From the NCBI GenBank assembly GCA_900617105.1, contig UYFQ01000006.1, positions 434,001 through 498,000 of the forward strand: a stretch of DNA of 64,000 bases, written 5' to 3'. A model generated the notes under the pieces. The model worked only from the letters and a program-made list of their open reading frames with translations. It did not search any database and was not told the origin of the DNA. Of the stretch, positions 49,007 through 59,782 are shown one piece after another. The translations under genes were made by a program, and so were the position numbers. The stretch is from Hydrurus foetidus (taxonomy: Eukaryota). Each line of letters begins with the position of its first letter. The first letter of the stretch is position 1.

Positions 49007-51484
49007 ATGAAGCCTCCCGAAACAAACTCTATTCACCGTTTCAGCTGGCCTACGCCACCCTACGCAAGCTACCCTGGCGCGCGACCGTGGGCAGAACCCG
49101 AACCGTGCGATGTTGAGGGTATGAACGGCATGACGCGCGGTTGCCTGCTGGTGGCCATCAACATGATCGAGCGCCAAGCCATCATCCAAGTACCACCGTC
49201 CAAAGTGTCGATGCCACTGCGGTTTGCGCAGTTTCGGCGTATCACGCTCAAGGCGTTGTTGAACCCTGGAAAATCCACAGCAACGGATGATTTCGCTGAA
49301 ATTTTGGGTTACCGCCCATCGGTGGACTTCACGGTAGAACCTGTTGAGGGTAGCCCCATCAACGGTATTTCTGTGGGGCATGTGGAGACGGATGGGGGTT
49401 TGTTTTTATTCCCACCCATTGATGAGCTCGGTTCCGTCAGCCGGGTGTTCCTTCCGCGTGAAGCGTATAAAGCGGTCAAATTTGGCGGACACATCGGCAA
49501 AGTACTGGTGGAACAAAACGCCGTCACGCAAGCGCAGGTAGACCAAGTTGCACAAGAGCAACAAGACCTGCGCAACCGTAAGTTAGGCGACTACCTTGTC
49601 GTCAACGAAATAGTCTCAGCAGACCAGCTGCTGCAAGCCTTAGACCAGCAGTCCAAAATGCCCATGGTGAAAATCGGCGAGGCACTGACCGCACTGGGCT
49701 TGATTACCAACCTGCAGTTATCAGATGCGCTAGAGAAGCAAAAAACCGAACGCACCGTACCTTTGGGCGAGTTGTTGGTGAGAACCGGACTCATTACCCG
49801 CCAAGATTTGCACATCGCGCTGGCCCGCAAAATGGGCTACCCTGTGGTGGACGTGGCCAATTTCCCGATTGACACTGCTGCGCTGAAAAAAGTACCGTTT
49901 CAGGTGGCAGCGCGGCTGAACACCCTGCCGCTGCTGCTGCGTGACACCTTGCTGGTAGTGGCCTCGGACGACCCGACGCGCCGCTCGCTGGTGGATGAGC
50001 TTGAATTTGCGATACGCGGCAAAGTGGTACCCGTGCTGGCGGCAGGTGCGCTCATCACTAAGCAGCTGCCCCTGGCCTACGAAAAGGCGGGACTGGAATC
50101 GTGGAGTGCCACCAACGGCGGGGCCAACTTGGGCTCGCCGATTGAGTTCGACATGAACGACTCCAACCAGCTGCTGCAGTCCTTAGAGCTAGACCACAGC
50201 ACAGCCACAAAAGACGACCCGGAAAAGCAGGTTGAACAATCGGACAACTCGCTGGTGCGGTTGATTAACTCGATGATCATTGATGCCCACGGCAAGGGCG
50301 CGTCCGACATCCACATCGAAACCCACCCCGGCAAGCGCAAGCTGCGCATTCGTTTCCGCAAAGATGGTGTGCTGGCCCCGTATATGGAGCTGCCCTCCAC
50401 GTACCGCAACGCCATGATCGCCCGCATCAAAATCATGTGCGACCTGGACATCTCTGAGCGCCGCAAGCCGCAAGACGGCAAGATTGATTTTTCCAAATTT
50501 TCAGCCCAACACAAGCTGGAGCTGCGGGTCGCCACCATCCCCACCAGCAACGGGCTGGAAGACGTGGTAATGCGCTTGCTTGCCTCAGCAAAGCCGATCA
50601 GCATGGACAAACTGGGGCTGCGCAAAAGCACTTATGACGCATTGCGCCATGCCGTGGGCCGCCCTTACGGCATGGTGCTGTGCGTCGGGCCAACAGGTTC
50701 AGGTAAGACCACCACGCTGCACTCGGTGCTGGGCTACCTGAATACCCCTGACAAGAAAATATGGACGGCAGAAGACCCGGTGGAAATCACCCAGCCTGAC
50801 CTGCGCCAAGTGCAGGTCAACGCCAAAATCGACTGGACATTTGCCAAAGCACTGCGCAGCTTCTTGCGGGCTGACCCCGACATCATCATGGTCGGCGAAA
50901 TTCGCGACAATGAAACCGCACAAATTGCCATTGAAGCCTCATTAACAGGGCATTTGGTGCTATCAACGTTGCACACCAACAGCGCCCCCGAGACGGTGAT
51001 TCGCCTGCTGGACATGGGCATGGATCCGTTCAACTTTGCCGATTCACTCTTGGCCGTGCTGGCCCAGCGCTTGGTACGCAAACTCTGTGGCGATTGCCGT
51101 ACTGTGACCGAGGCCAGCGACGAGGAAACCACGGAGCTGCTGGACGACTACCTGCACGTCTTCGCCGAAGACATTCGCCCACCCCGTGAAGAGGTCATGG
51201 CCGATTGGCTAGCCCGCTTTGGCAACAATGGCCGCTTGCAGCACTACCACTCACCCGGCTGCCCCACCTGCGAAGGGGGTGGCTTGAAAGGCCGTGTGGG
51301 GGTGCATGAACTGCTGGTGGTCACGCCAGAGATTCGCCGCTTGATTCAAACCAAAGGCCGCCCAGAACAGCTGCAACATGAGGCACTGCATAACGGTGGC
51401 ATGCGGTCATTGCGCCAAGACGGCATTGAAAAGGTGCTGGCCGGCTTGACATCCATCGACCAAGTGCGGGCCAACTGCAACTGA
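49007..51484 (+). CDS. PilB/GspE-family secretion ATPase with tandem MshEN motifs
   Basis: SDIHIE, GPTGSGKTT, EDPVE, DPDIIMVGEIRD, TGHLVLSTLH, Cys4; four (R/K)LG..L motifs. Confidence 0.92.
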   Translation: MKPPETNSIHRFSWPTPPYASYPGARPWAEPEPCDVEGMNGMTRGCLLVAINMIERQAIIQVPPSKVSMPLRFAQFRRITLKALLNPGKSTATDDFAEILGYRPSVDFTVEPVEGSPINGISVGHVETDGGLFLFPPIDELGSVSRVFLPREAYKAVKFGGHIGKVLVEQNAVTQAQVDQVAQEQQDLRNRKLGDYLVVNEIVSADQLLQALDQQSKMPMVKIGEALTALGLITNLQLSDALEKQKTERTVPLGELLVRTGLITRQDLHIALARKMGYPVVDVANFPIDTAALKKVPFQVAARLNTLPLLLRDTLLVVASDDPTRRSLVDELEFAIRGKVVPVLAAGALITKQLPLAYEKAGLESWSATNGGANLGSPIEFDMNDSNQLLQSLELDHSTATKDDPEKQVEQSDNSLVRLINSMIIDAHGKGASDIHIETHPGKRKLRIRFRKDGVLAPYMELPSTYRNAMIARIKIMCDLDISERRKPQDGKIDFSKFSAQHKLELRVATIPTSNGLEDVVMRLLASAKPISMDKLGLRKSTYDALRHAVGRPYGMVLCVGPTGSGKTTTLHSVLGYLNTPDKKIWTAEDPVEITQPDLRQVQVNAKIDWTFAKALRSFLRADPDIIMVGEIRDNETAQIAIEASLTGHLVLSTLHTNSAPETVIRLLDMGMDPFNFADSLLAVLAQRLVRKLCGDCRTVTEASDEETTELLDDYLHVFAEDIRPPREEVMADWLARFGNNGRLQHYHSPGCPTCEGGGLKGRVGVHELLVVTPEIRRLIQTKGRPEQLQHEALHNGGMRSLRQDGIEKVLAGLTSIDQVRANCN

Positions 51485-51491
51485 TCGGAAC

Positions 51492-51512
51492 GCACTTGGC
51501 ACTTGGCACTTG
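51492..51512. repeat. (GCACTTG)x3 tandem repeat
   Basis: Three exact heptamers in a convergent intergenic gap. Confidence 0.7.
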
Positions 51513-51533
51513 CGCAGTACTCACCCTCTGCAT

Positions 51534-52445
51534 TCAATCCGCGGTGTATACCTTGCTTTGCGATTGCGCACCGATCACGCTATGGCCTGCACCGGACGAC
51601 GTTGCAGGGGCTGACCGCAGTACACCATTCTCAATCACCACCCGTTGGCCCGCACTCGCAGGAGAGGCCTGCTCCAAGGTACGCATCGAACCATCTTCCA
51701 TGCGTACACGCATTTCATAGTGAGTTGTTTTTCGCGTGTTCTTTTCCACAGCATTACCGGCGAAACCGCCACCAAGCGCTCCTAGAATAGTAGCTGCTGT
51801 GCGGCCATTGCCGTTGCCCACCTGATGACCGATCACCGCCCCTAAAACGCCACCCGCCACCGCACCCAGGCCATTCGGCGTGCCAGCCGCTTCAATGGGC
51901 GTGACGGATTCCACTGTTCCGCAGTTGATGCACACAGGCCGAGGCTGCGATTGCGCCACCACTGGGGCGGTCTGCTGTGAGGTGGGTTCGCTGCTGTAGA
52001 CGTTGCCGGACTGCATCACCTGCGGTGCCGTTGGGTGGGTGGTTTGGGGCGTGTTTGGCGACGCAGCCATCACCTCGTGCGGCTTGGGCATGGGGCGTGG
52101 TTGAGTGACGGCATGCACCGGCTTCACCTGCTTGGGCGGTGCGGGCTTGACAGCTGCAGGGGGTTGCGCAAGCTCTTTTTCGGTGATGGTGGCGACAGGC
52201 GCTGGCACAGCCTGCGCGACCTCCACCGCTGGTGTGGGCAGCGCAGGGCTCACCACCGCCACGGGGGCAGCCACGGCGGGCACAGCCGCTGAATTTTGCC
52301 CATGAATCAACATACCGCCCATGCCCAGCACCGCCACGCTCAGCACGCCCACGGCGGCCCACAGGGGTTTGGCACTGGCGAGGGCAGTGGCAACAGGGGC
52401 GGCTGCGGTAGCCGTTGAGGTGATAGGGTCAAAAGTCGTGCTCAT
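51534..52445 (-). CDS. Glycine-zipper 2TM domain protein
   Basis: Pro-rich linker, CINCG, GAVAGGVLGAVIGHQVG.G.GR. Confidence 0.88.
   Translation of the reverse strand: MSTTFDPITSTATAAAPVATALASAKPLWAAVGVLSVAVLGMGGMLIHGQNSAAVPAVAAPVAVVSPALPTPAVEVAQAVPAPVATITEKELAQPPAAVKPAPPKQVKPVHAVTQPRPMPKPHEVMAASPNTPQTTHPTAPQVMQSGNVYSSEPTSQQTAPVVAQSQPRPVCINCGTVESVTPIEAAGTPNGLGAVAGGVLGAVIGHQVGNGNGRTAATILGALGGGFAGNAVEKNTRKTTHYEMRVRMEDGSMRTLEQASPASAGQRVVIENGVLRSAPATSSGAGHSVIGAQSQSKVYTAD
51778..51794. repeat. Dispersed element head (inside the glycine-zipper gene)
   Basis: GCTCCTAGAATAGTAGC followed by TGCTGTGCG. Confidence 0.55.
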
Positions 52446-52542
52446 GGGGGTGTCCTTTTCATGGATTCAATGGCGTAACCTGATTAACGCATCAAAAGGC
52501 TTCAAGGCACACACAGCACGGCAAAGCTGGCGTCAACAGCGC

Positions 52543-52557
52543 GTAAATCCAGGTAAA
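52543..52557 (+). promoter_or_regulatory. CpxR-type direct repeat GTAAA-N5-GTAAA
   Basis: GTAAAtccagGTAAA about 100 nt upstream of the glycine-zipper gene. Confidence 0.5.
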
Positions 52558-52582
52558 GCTCTGACGTTACAAACGGACAAAC

Positions 52583-55408
52583 TTACAAATTCGGTGCCAG
52601 CATCCGCTCTAACTCAGGTTGTGCCACGCCTTTGCGTTTCGCCAAATCAGCCACCTGATCGGGGGCGACTTTGCCGACGTTGAAGTACACCGCGTCCGGG
52701 TGGGCCATAAAGAAGCCGCTGACGCTGGCGGCGGGTGTCATCGCCAAGCTCTCCGTCAGGCCCATGCCGATGTCTTCGCACTGCAAAAGCTTGAACATTT
52801 CGCGCTTCACGCTGTGGTCAGGGCAAGCCGGGTAGCCGGGTGCCGGGCGGATACCTCGGTATTTTTCGGCGATCAGGTCTTCGGTGGAGAGGGCTTCGTC
52901 TGTCGCGTAGCCCCACACATCCTGCCGCGCACGCTGGTGCAAACATTCAGCGAAGGCTTCGGCCAGCCGGTCGGCCAAGGCTTTGAGCATGATGGAGGAG
53001 TAGTCGTCGAGGTCGTCGGTGAAGTACTTTTCTTTCTTCTCGCTGCCAATGCCGGTGGTGACGGCAAAAACGCCGATGTAGTCGTTGTTTGATGAAGCTT
53101 TTACGGCCTCACCGCTTACATTACCTTCGGTACTAGCTACGTTTTTAGGAGCAATGAAATCGGCCAAGCAGCGGCTGGGGCGCATCACGCCGTCGATCAT
53201 GTGCTTCTCGGTCTGCTGGCGCAGGCCGTGCCACGTCATCGCGACGGTGCTGCGAGATTCGTCCGTGTACAGCTCGATATCGTCATCGTTCACCGTGTTG
53301 GCGGGGTAAAAACCCAGCACGGCGTTGGCGGTGAGCCAGCGGCCTTCGATCAGGCGTTTGAGCATGCGCTGACCGTCGGCATAGACGCGCACGGCCTCCA
53401 CGCCCACCACCTCGTCTTTCAAGATCGCAGGGAACGGCCCGGCCAAATCCCAGGTCTGAAAGAACGGGCCCCAGTCGATGAATTTGGCCAACTCGGCCAA
53501 GTCAAAGTTTTTAAAGACCCGGCGACCCAGGTATTTGGGCACGGGCGGGGTGTAGCTTGACCAGTCCACGGGTGTTTTGTTAGCGCGCACCTTCGCCAAA
53601 GGCCACAGGGGCACTTGTTTTTTGTTGGCGTGCAGGGTGCGCACCTTGTCGTAGTCGGCGTTCAGATCGGCCACGTACTTGCTGGCGTTGTCGGACAGCA
53701 GGCTTTGCGCGACGCTTACGCTGCGTGAGGCATCGGGTACGTAAACCACCGGGCCTTCGTAGTGCGGTGCAATCTTGACGGCGGTATGGACGCGGCTGGT
53801 GGTGGCCCCACCAATCAGCAGCGGGATTTTGCGCAGGCGGAAATGGTCGTCTTTTTGCATCTCGGCGGCGACGTACTGCATCTCTTCCAAGCTGGGGGTG
53901 ATGAGGCCTGAGAGACCCACAATGTCCACGCCTTCGACTTTGGCACGGGCCAAAATCTCATGACAGGGCACCATCACGCCCAGGTTAATGACCTCAAAGT
54001 TATTGCATTGCAGCACCACGGTGACGATGTTTTTGCCAATGTCATGCACATCGCCTTTAACAGTGGCGATGATGATCTTGCCTTTGGCTTTCACGTCTTC
54101 ACCGGCTTCGGCCTGCAAGCGCTTTTCTTCCTCAATATAAGGAATCAAATGCGCCACGGCTTGCTTCATCACGCGGGCGGACTTGACGACCTGGGGCAAG
54201 AACATCTTGCCCTGACCGAACAAATCACCCACGATGTTCATGCCGTCCATCAGCGGGCCTTCGATCACGTGCAGCGGGCGACCACCCTTGGCGAGAATGG
54301 CTTGGTACACCTCTTCGGTGTCCACGGTGATGAATTCGGTGATGCCGTGAACCAGCGCATGGCTCAGGCGCTGCGCAACATCGGCCAGCCGCCATTCGTT
54401 GCGCTTGCTGTCGTCTTTGGCGGCGCCCTTGGCCGATTCGGCGATCTCGATCAGGCGCTCACCGGGGGTGAGTTCGGCTTCACCGGGTTTGTAAACAGGA
54501 ATGCGGTTCAGCACCACATCTTCCACGCGCTCGCGCAGGACGGGGTCGAGGTCGTCATAAACGCCCACCATGCCCGCGTTGACGATGCCCATGTCCATAC
54601 CGGCCTTGATGGCGTGGTACAAAAACACGGTATGGATGGCTTCGCGCACCGGGTCGTTGCCCCGGAAGCTGAAGCTCACGTTGCTGACACCACCGGACAC
54701 TTTGGCACCGGGCAGGTTTTCTTTGATCCAGCGGGTGGCGTTGATGAAATCGACGGCGTAGTTGTTGTGCTCGTCGATGCCGGTGGCAATGGCAAAGATG
54801 TTGGGGTCAAAAATGATGTCTTCGGGCGGGAAATCCACCTCGTCCACCAGCACGCGGTAAGCGCGTTCGCAGATTTCGATCTTGCGTTCGTAGGTGTCAG
54901 CCTGGCCTTTTTCGTCAAACGCCATCACCACGGTGGCGGCACCATAGCGCTTGAGCAAGCGCGCTTGGTGCAAAAACGGCTCCAAGCCCTCTTTCATGCT
55001 GATGGAGTTGACCACGCCTTTGCCCTGGATACAACGCAGCCCGGCCTCAATTACTTCCCATTTGGACGAATCGACCATGATGGGCACGCGGGCAATGTCG
55101 GGCTCGCTGGCAATCAGGTTCAAAAAGCGCACCATGGCAGCCTTGCTATCGAGCATGGCCTCGTCCATGTTGATGTCGATGATTTGGGCACCGTTTTCAA
55201 CCTGCTGGCGGGCAACCGACAGCGCTTGGTCAAACTCGCCATTCAAAATCATGCGAGCGAAGGCCTTAGAGCCCGTGACATTGGTGCGCTCACCGATGTT
55301 GACGAAGAGAGATTGGGCATCGATGCTGACGGGTTCTAGACCTGACAGCAGCATCGGCAATACCAAGGGAGCGGCGGAAACAGAGGGGACAGTGGATTCT
55401 TTAGGCAT
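52583..55408 (-). CDS. metH: B12-dependent methionine synthase, pterin/cobalamin/AdoMet part (split MetH)
   Basis: [38 protein letters not shown]; alternative GTG start at 55417. Confidence 0.96.
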   Translation of the reverse strand: MPKESTVPSVSAAPLVLPMLLSGLEPVSIDAQSLFVNIGERTNVTGSKAFARMILNGEFDQALSVARQQVENGAQIIDINMDEAMLDSKAAMVRFLNLIASEPDIARVPIMVDSSKWEVIEAGLRCIQGKGVVNSISMKEGLEPFLHQARLLKRYGAATVVMAFDEKGQADTYERKIEICERAYRVLVDEVDFPPEDIIFDPNIFAIATGIDEHNNYAVDFINATRWIKENLPGAKVSGGVSNVSFSFRGNDPVREAIHTVFLYHAIKAGMDMGIVNAGMVGVYDDLDPVLRERVEDVVLNRIPVYKPGEAELTPGERLIEIAESAKGAAKDDSKRNEWRLADVAQRLSHALVHGITEFITVDTEEVYQAILAKGGRPLHVIEGPLMDGMNIVGDLFGQGKMFLPQVVKSARVMKQAVAHLIPYIEEEKRLQAEAGEDVKAKGKIIIATVKGDVHDIGKNIVTVVLQCNNFEVINLGVMVPCHEILARAKVEGVDIVGLSGLITPSLEEMQYVAAEMQKDDHFRLRKIPLLIGGATTSRVHTAVKIAPHYEGPVVYVPDASRSVSVAQSLLSDNASKYVADLNADYDKVRTLHANKKQVPLWPLAKVRANKTPVDWSSYTPPVPKYLGRRVFKNFDLAELAKFIDWGPFFQTWDLAGPFPAILKDEVVGVEAVRVYADGQRMLKRLIEGRWLTANAVLGFYPANTVNDDDIELYTDESRSTVAMTWHGLRQQTEKHMIDGVMRPSRCLADFIAPKNVASTEGNVSGEAVKASSNNDYIGVFAVTTGIGSEKKEKYFTDDLDDYSSIMLKALADRLAEAFAECLHQRARQDVWGYATDEALSTEDLIAEKYRGIRPAPGYPACPDHSVKREMFKLLQCEDIGMGLTESLAMTPAASVSGFFMAHPDAVYFNVGKVAPDQVADLAKRKGVAQPELERMLAPNL
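53098..53152 (-). repeat. Dispersed 55-bp element copy (inside metH)
   Basis: Head GCTCCTAAAAACGTAGC, tail GAGGCCGTAAAAG ending at +38. Confidence 0.65.
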
Positions 55409-55455
55409 ACGGCTCACCTGTGGGCAATAGGGGGAACAGCGTCCCCGGCAGGGCA

Positions 55456-55533
55456 GGTAAGCGTCGTTTTACATCCGAGCCTGACAACACGGCGCACTGA
55501 AAAATGCGGGTATTGCTGCAACGCTTCTCGGAA
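55456..55533 (-). ncRNA. SAH riboswitch
   Basis: CCGAG-AAGCGTTGC...GTCAGG-CTCGG...AACGA-CGCTT-ACC; P1 and pseudoknot pairings present; upstream of metH. Confidence 0.88.
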
Positions 55534-55612
55534 AGGCACGTATTTTACGGCTTGTGGTCTACTTAGGGTGTTTAGGCTCAAAATCTTTGTATGCGAGTGC
55601 AAAGGAATCACC

Positions 55613-56230
55613 ATGTTTCAAAAACTATTCCGCAAAATGACCCCTATCTTTGCGGACTCTAAAGTCTTCGCAGACTCTCAACTTAACGAGACGCAACGCG
55701 AAGACATGCGCAAGTCACCCAGCGCCGCACTGGCCGCAGAAATGCTGACTGCGCCGTCCGCGTTCATGCAGCTCAGCAACGCTGAAGCACGGGTGGTTGT
55801 GCATTACATGCGACCCCAGCAAATCTCAGAAGGCACCATGTTCATCCGCGAAGGCGAGACGGAAGACACGGGCTTCATGGTGCTGATACTGGAAGGGGAC
55901 GTGGTGGTGGAAAACATCGTGGTCAGCCGTGTGTCACCCATCACTGTCACAGTACTTGGGCCAGGCAGCATGCACGGCGAGTTGGGGCTGATTGATGGCC
56001 TGCCACGCTCAGCCTCATGCACGGCCAGCAGCGACCTGCGCTGCGCGATTTTGACGCGCGAAGGCATGTTGCAATTGCTCAAAGACGACCCCCGTATTGG
56101 CGCCAAGCTGATGATGGCTATCGCCATGCGCATTGGTGAGCGGTTGCGTGACAACACCGAAAAACTCAAAAAATACGTGCAACTGACCAAAACCATGCAG
56201 CAAGAGATTGACCGCTTAATGCCTGAGTAG
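55613..56230 (+). CDS. Stand-alone cyclic-nucleotide-binding protein
   Basis: FIREGE, ILEGDV, GELGLIDGLPRSAS phosphate-binding cassette; no HTH seen. Confidence 0.88.
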   Translation: MFQKLFRKMTPIFADSKVFADSQLNETQREDMRKSPSAALAAEMLTAPSAFMQLSNAEARVVVHYMRPQQISEGTMFIREGETEDTGFMVLILEGDVVVENIVVSRVSPITVTVLGPGSMHGELGLIDGLPRSASCTASSDLRCAILTREGMLQLLKDDPRIGAKLMMAIAMRIGERLRDNTEKLKKYVQLTKTMQQEIDRLMPE

Positions 56231-56277
56231 TGCGACCACAAGCTGTTCAATACTGACAATCACCACGACACCGCCGC

Positions 56278-56332
56278 CAGATGATGTCGTGGTTTGTATT
56301 AGACAGACGCTGGCACCTATAATTTCCAGAGC
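56278..56332 (-). repeat. Degenerate dispersed element copy (intergenic)
   Basis: GCTCTGGAAATTATAGG head, TGCCAGCG next, G at +38. Confidence 0.4.
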
Positions 56333-56363
56333 ACTATGCAACGCCAACCGTGAAGAGGCTCCC

Positions 56364-56906
56364 GTGACTAACATTCGCAAATTTCACTGTTTTTGGATGC
56401 TAGGGGGCATCAGTACCGCTTTGCTCGCGCAAGACGGTCTGGTGCGCCTGAAAGTAAGCGACACGCTACTCAAAGAAACGCCTGCGCTGGTGGCAACAGC
56501 TGCTGTAGCGGCTGACGGTGCTCCGGTGGGTTATGTCAAAACCGTGTCAGGTATCGCCTTTGTCGTGACGCAGGGCAAACCGGTTCGAGCCAACATCGGC
56601 AGCCCTGTGATGCAAGGCAGTGTGCTCAAAACTGGGCCTGACAGCAGCCTGGGTGTGACCTTCAAAGACAGCACGGTCATGTCCTTCGGACCAGAAACCG
56701 AGTTGAAAGTGAACGAATACCTGTACTCCCCCACGGAGGGTAAGCTTCGTTTTGGCTCACAGCTGACACGCGGTACGCTGAACTACGTGTCTGGCGTTAT
56801 CGCAAAACTAAAGCCCGATGGCGTCACCGTAACCACCCCCACGGGCATGATCGGTGTGCGTGGAACCCAATTTGTCGCCAAAGTCAGCCCTGAGACCACC
56901 CCATGA
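56364..56906 (+). CDS. Stand-alone periplasmic FecR-domain protein
   Basis: LKTGPDS...F.DST..S.GPET...VTTPTG.IGVRGTQF. Confidence 0.85.
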   Translation: MTNIRKFHCFWMLGGISTALLAQDGLVRLKVSDTLLKETPALVATAAVAADGAPVGYVKTVSGIAFVVTQGKPVRANIGSPVMQGSVLKTGPDSSLGVTFKDSTVMSFGPETELKVNEYLYSPTEGKLRFGSQLTRGTLNYVSGVIAKLKPDGVTVTTPTGMIGVRGTQFVAKVSPETTP

Positions 56907-57541
56907 CCCGAGGCCGCATGCTGACTGATGTTTTTTTGGCACGGTCAATGGCTACGGTGGTTTTATTTTTGCTGTTGACCGGTTGCGCCACGCCGCGCAA
57001 GCCCCCGCCCAGGCCGTTTGACTATGTGGTGCTGCTGCCCAATGCGGACGGCACCGTCGGCAAAGTGCTGATCAAAGGCAGCAAGGGCTCGCAAACGCTG
57101 GACATCGCTCAAAACGGCGCGTCGCTGGCTGGCGATGCCGCTGCGTTTGCGGTGTCCACCGCGCAGTTGCAAACCGCCTTTGGCCCCGCCATGGCCGCAC
57201 GGCCTGAATTGCCCGAACATTTTTACCTGTACTTTGAATCGGGCGGCTCAAATTTAACGCCTGAGTCTCTTGCTCTTGTGGTTACGATTTTAGAACGTGC
57301 TCAAGCACGCATCAGCGCCGATGTATCGGTGGTTGGTCACACCGACACCACAGGGAAAGCAGAGGCCAATGCAAGCTTGGCCTTGCGCCGAGCCAATAGC
57401 ATCGCCACTTTGCTACGCCAGCGCGGCTTGCAGCCAGCTACGTTGACGATTGAGTCTCACGGGGAAAGTAATTTGCTGGTGGCCACACCCGATGAAACCC
57501 CAGAGCCACGCAACCGACGGGTGGAAATCACCATCCGTTGA
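56903..57541 (+). CDS. OmpA-family lipoprotein
   Basis: Lipobox LTGC, GHTD..G, N..LA.RRA, NRRVEI. Confidence 0.9.
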   Translation: MTRGRMLTDVFLARSMATVVLFLLLTGCATPRKPPPRPFDYVVLLPNADGTVGKVLIKGSKGSQTLDIAQNGASLAGDAAAFAVSTAQLQTAFGPAMAARPELPEHFYLYFESGGSNLTPESLALVVTILERAQARISADVSVVGHTDTTGKAEANASLALRRANSIATLLRQRGLQPATLTIESHGESNLLVATPDETPEPRNRRVEITIR

Positions 57542-57568
57542 TGATTGATTTTTCGCCCGTCCCTTCGC

Positions 57569-59782
57569 TTACTTTTCCGCCATCACAATCTCGTCGCCCG
57601 TTTCCGCCCGCTGCAAGCGGCTCAGGTGCAGGCGCACCAAAGGATCTTGCGGGTAGCCTTGCGCCAGCTGCGAAAACAAGCGCAGCGCCTGTGCAGGCTC
57701 CAGGCCATTGAGTCGCTGAGCTGCCAGCAAACTATAGGCTTCTTTGTACTCGGGCAGCGGCACACGGGTCTGCTCGTCGCCCGCCACCACCGGCTCGTAA
57801 ACCATCAACGGCTGCTTTTTACCCTTGAGCACCAAACGCCCCACCGGCCGGGCTACCGCGTCCGGGCAACCAATGTAGATTGCCTCCGAGATGCACACCA
57901 ACGTCCCTAAGTGCTTGTTAACGCTTTCCAGCCGTGCTGCCGTGTTCACCGGGTCTCCCAAAGCACGGTAATCGAACATGGTAGTGCCGCCAAAGTTACC
58001 CACAATGACTTCGCCCGAATGCACACCAATACGGGTGTTGCCAAAGCGCACGCCCTTGGCTTGCAGCTCTTCGGCATAGCGTTTAGAAAAGTCGTGCATT
58101 TCCATCGCGCAGTCAAAAGCCCGCTGGCGGTGGTCATCTTGCAACACAGGCGCGGAGAACACCACGGCCACGGCATCGCCCATGATGCGGTCTAGCGTGC
58201 CTTCGTGCTTGAAGGCGATGCCCACCATGCCATCCAGGTAAGCGTTGAGCGACGACACCGCCTCGCCAGGGTCCATGCTTTCCATCAAACCGGTAAAACC
58301 TTGCAAATCGGTGAAGATAAAACTACAGGTCTGGCGCGTACCACCCAGCTCCAAGCCTTCGGGGTGTTTAACCAAAAAAGCAACTTTGTTGGGCGACACG
58401 TAGCGCGAAAACGCCTCGGTCAACCAGCGCTGCTGCCGCTCACTGCGCATGTGGTGTACCAAGCTGCACAGCACAAAACTGGTCAGCACAACCAGTGAGG
58501 GAGTGAGCGGGTTAACCAATACCTGGTACTGCGAAAACGCCAGCCAGCCCACCGAAAACACACTGGCAATCATCATCACGGACATCAAGGCGGCCAAGAG
58601 CGATCGTGCATTCAACGCCAACATACCGACTGCCACGCCCACCACCAACATCGCAAAAATCTCGGTAGTTATCGCCCAACCAGGGCGGCTGAGCAGCTTG
58701 CCCGACAGCATTTGCTCCAATGCCTGCGCATGGACTTCTACACCCGGCACGATGTGACCCAGCGGATTGAACCGCAAATCCATCAACCCCTGCGCTGAAC
58801 TGCCTACCAGCAACAATTTGCCCTTGAGCGCCTCGGGCGGCACCTGCTTACTCAGCAGCTTCCACGCCGGGATGTAGCGCTCGGGGCGCGGCGCGGTGTA
58901 ATGCACCCAGGCTTCGCCCTGTGCAGTGGTGGGGATGGACAAATCCCCAATCCGCACTTCTTGCAGGCCCGCACTGCCTCCGCCTAGGGCGGGAGCGCTT
59001 GTCAAAATGGTGTTGCTGGCCCCCAGCCCCACCCGCAGCAATTCGGCAGTAAACGAGGGCACAGCATCTTCTTTGTAGCGAAGCACCAGGGGCACGCGGC
59101 GGATAACACCGTCGTCATCGGGTTTGAAGGTCAACACACCACTGCCTGCCGCCGCCTTTTGGAACAGCATCAACGGTGGTAAGGCACTTTCAAAGCGGTA
59201 GACCGACGCCAGCGCAGACGGCCCTTTTTCCACATAGGGGGCTGGACGGCGCAGCGGTGCCTGTTCGCCCGACGCGGCTGTTTTAAGCCCCAGCGTGAAA
59301 CCCAGCACCACACCGCCGCCCGCCAACGCTTGGGTCATCACGGCGTCGTGGTCAGGCAGGGTTTGCAGCAGCGTGCTGAGCTGCGTGCTCGCGGCCGCAT
59401 TGTCTTTGGCCCACAGCGCGGCCATCGCCTGCGGTGAAGTGCGGTCAGGCTCGGCAAAAACCACATCAAACCCAATGGCCGCAGGCTGGGCGCTGCGCAT
59501 CACTGTCATCAACTCAGCAACCCTGGTGCGCGGCCACGGCCATTGGCCCAGGCGCTGCAAGCTTTCTTCGTCAATGTCGATGATGCGCACCGGGGCATCC
59601 ACGTACTGACGCTGCTGCCAGCGCTGGTACTGGTCAAACATGCTGTTGCGCAGGCCTTGGATGGGGGCCGGGTCAAACGCCATCAACAATGCACCAAATA
59701 TGACGATCACCAGGGGCAGCAGGGCAGGTGTCAGCAAGGGCCGCCACCCCGAAGCAAAGTGGCGAAGAAATGGCAGGATCAT
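57569..59782 (-). CDS. CHASE2-domain class III adenylate/guanylate cyclase
   Basis: IDIDEESL...WPWPR, PGVEVHA, three TM segments, FTDLQGFT, GDA, GDPVNTAARLE. Confidence 0.92.
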   Translation of the reverse strand: MILPFLRHFASGWRPLLTPALLPLVIVIFGALLMAFDPAPIQGLRNSMFDQYQRWQQRQYVDAPVRIIDIDEESLQRLGQWPWPRTRVAELMTVMRSAQPAAIGFDVVFAEPDRTSPQAMAALWAKDNAAASTQLSTLLQTLPDHDAVMTQALAGGGVVLGFTLGLKTAASGEQAPLRRPAPYVEKGPSALASVYRFESALPPLMLFQKAAAGSGVLTFKPDDDGVIRRVPLVLRYKEDAVPSFTAELLRVGLGASNTILTSAPALGGGSAGLQEVRIGDLSIPTTAQGEAWVHYTAPRPERYIPAWKLLSKQVPPEALKGKLLLVGSSAQGLMDLRFNPLGHIVPGVEVHAQALEQMLSGKLLSRPGWAITTEIFAMLVVGVAVGMLALNARSLLAALMSVMMIASVFSVGWLAFSQYQVLVNPLTPSLVVLTSFVLCSLVHHMRSERQQRWLTEAFSRYVSPNKVAFLVKHPEGLELGGTRQTCSFIFTDLQGFTGLMESMDPGEAVSSLNAYLDGMVGIAFKHEGTLDRIMGDAVAVVFSAPVLQDDHRQRAFDCAMEMHDFSKRYAEELQAKGVRFGNTRIGVHSGEVIVGNFGGTTMFDYRALGDPVNTAARLESVNKHLGTLVCISEAIYIGCPDAVARPVGRLVLKGKKQPLMVYEPVVAGDEQTRVPLPEYKEAYSLLAAQRLNGLEPAQALRLFSQLAQGYPQDPLVRLHLSRLQRAETGDEIVMAEK

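Noticed and set aside
49690..49750. Further weak copies of the 55-bp element (also near 47030 and 57281)
   Set aside because: Head motif or spacing does not fit well enough to count
53960..55339. 459-aa plus-strand ORF, and similar long ORFs at 14047-14889, 36932-38212, 39867-41006 and 45034-45912
   Set aside because: Antisense shadows of well-conserved genes, expected from GC-rich codon bias; no recognisable motifs
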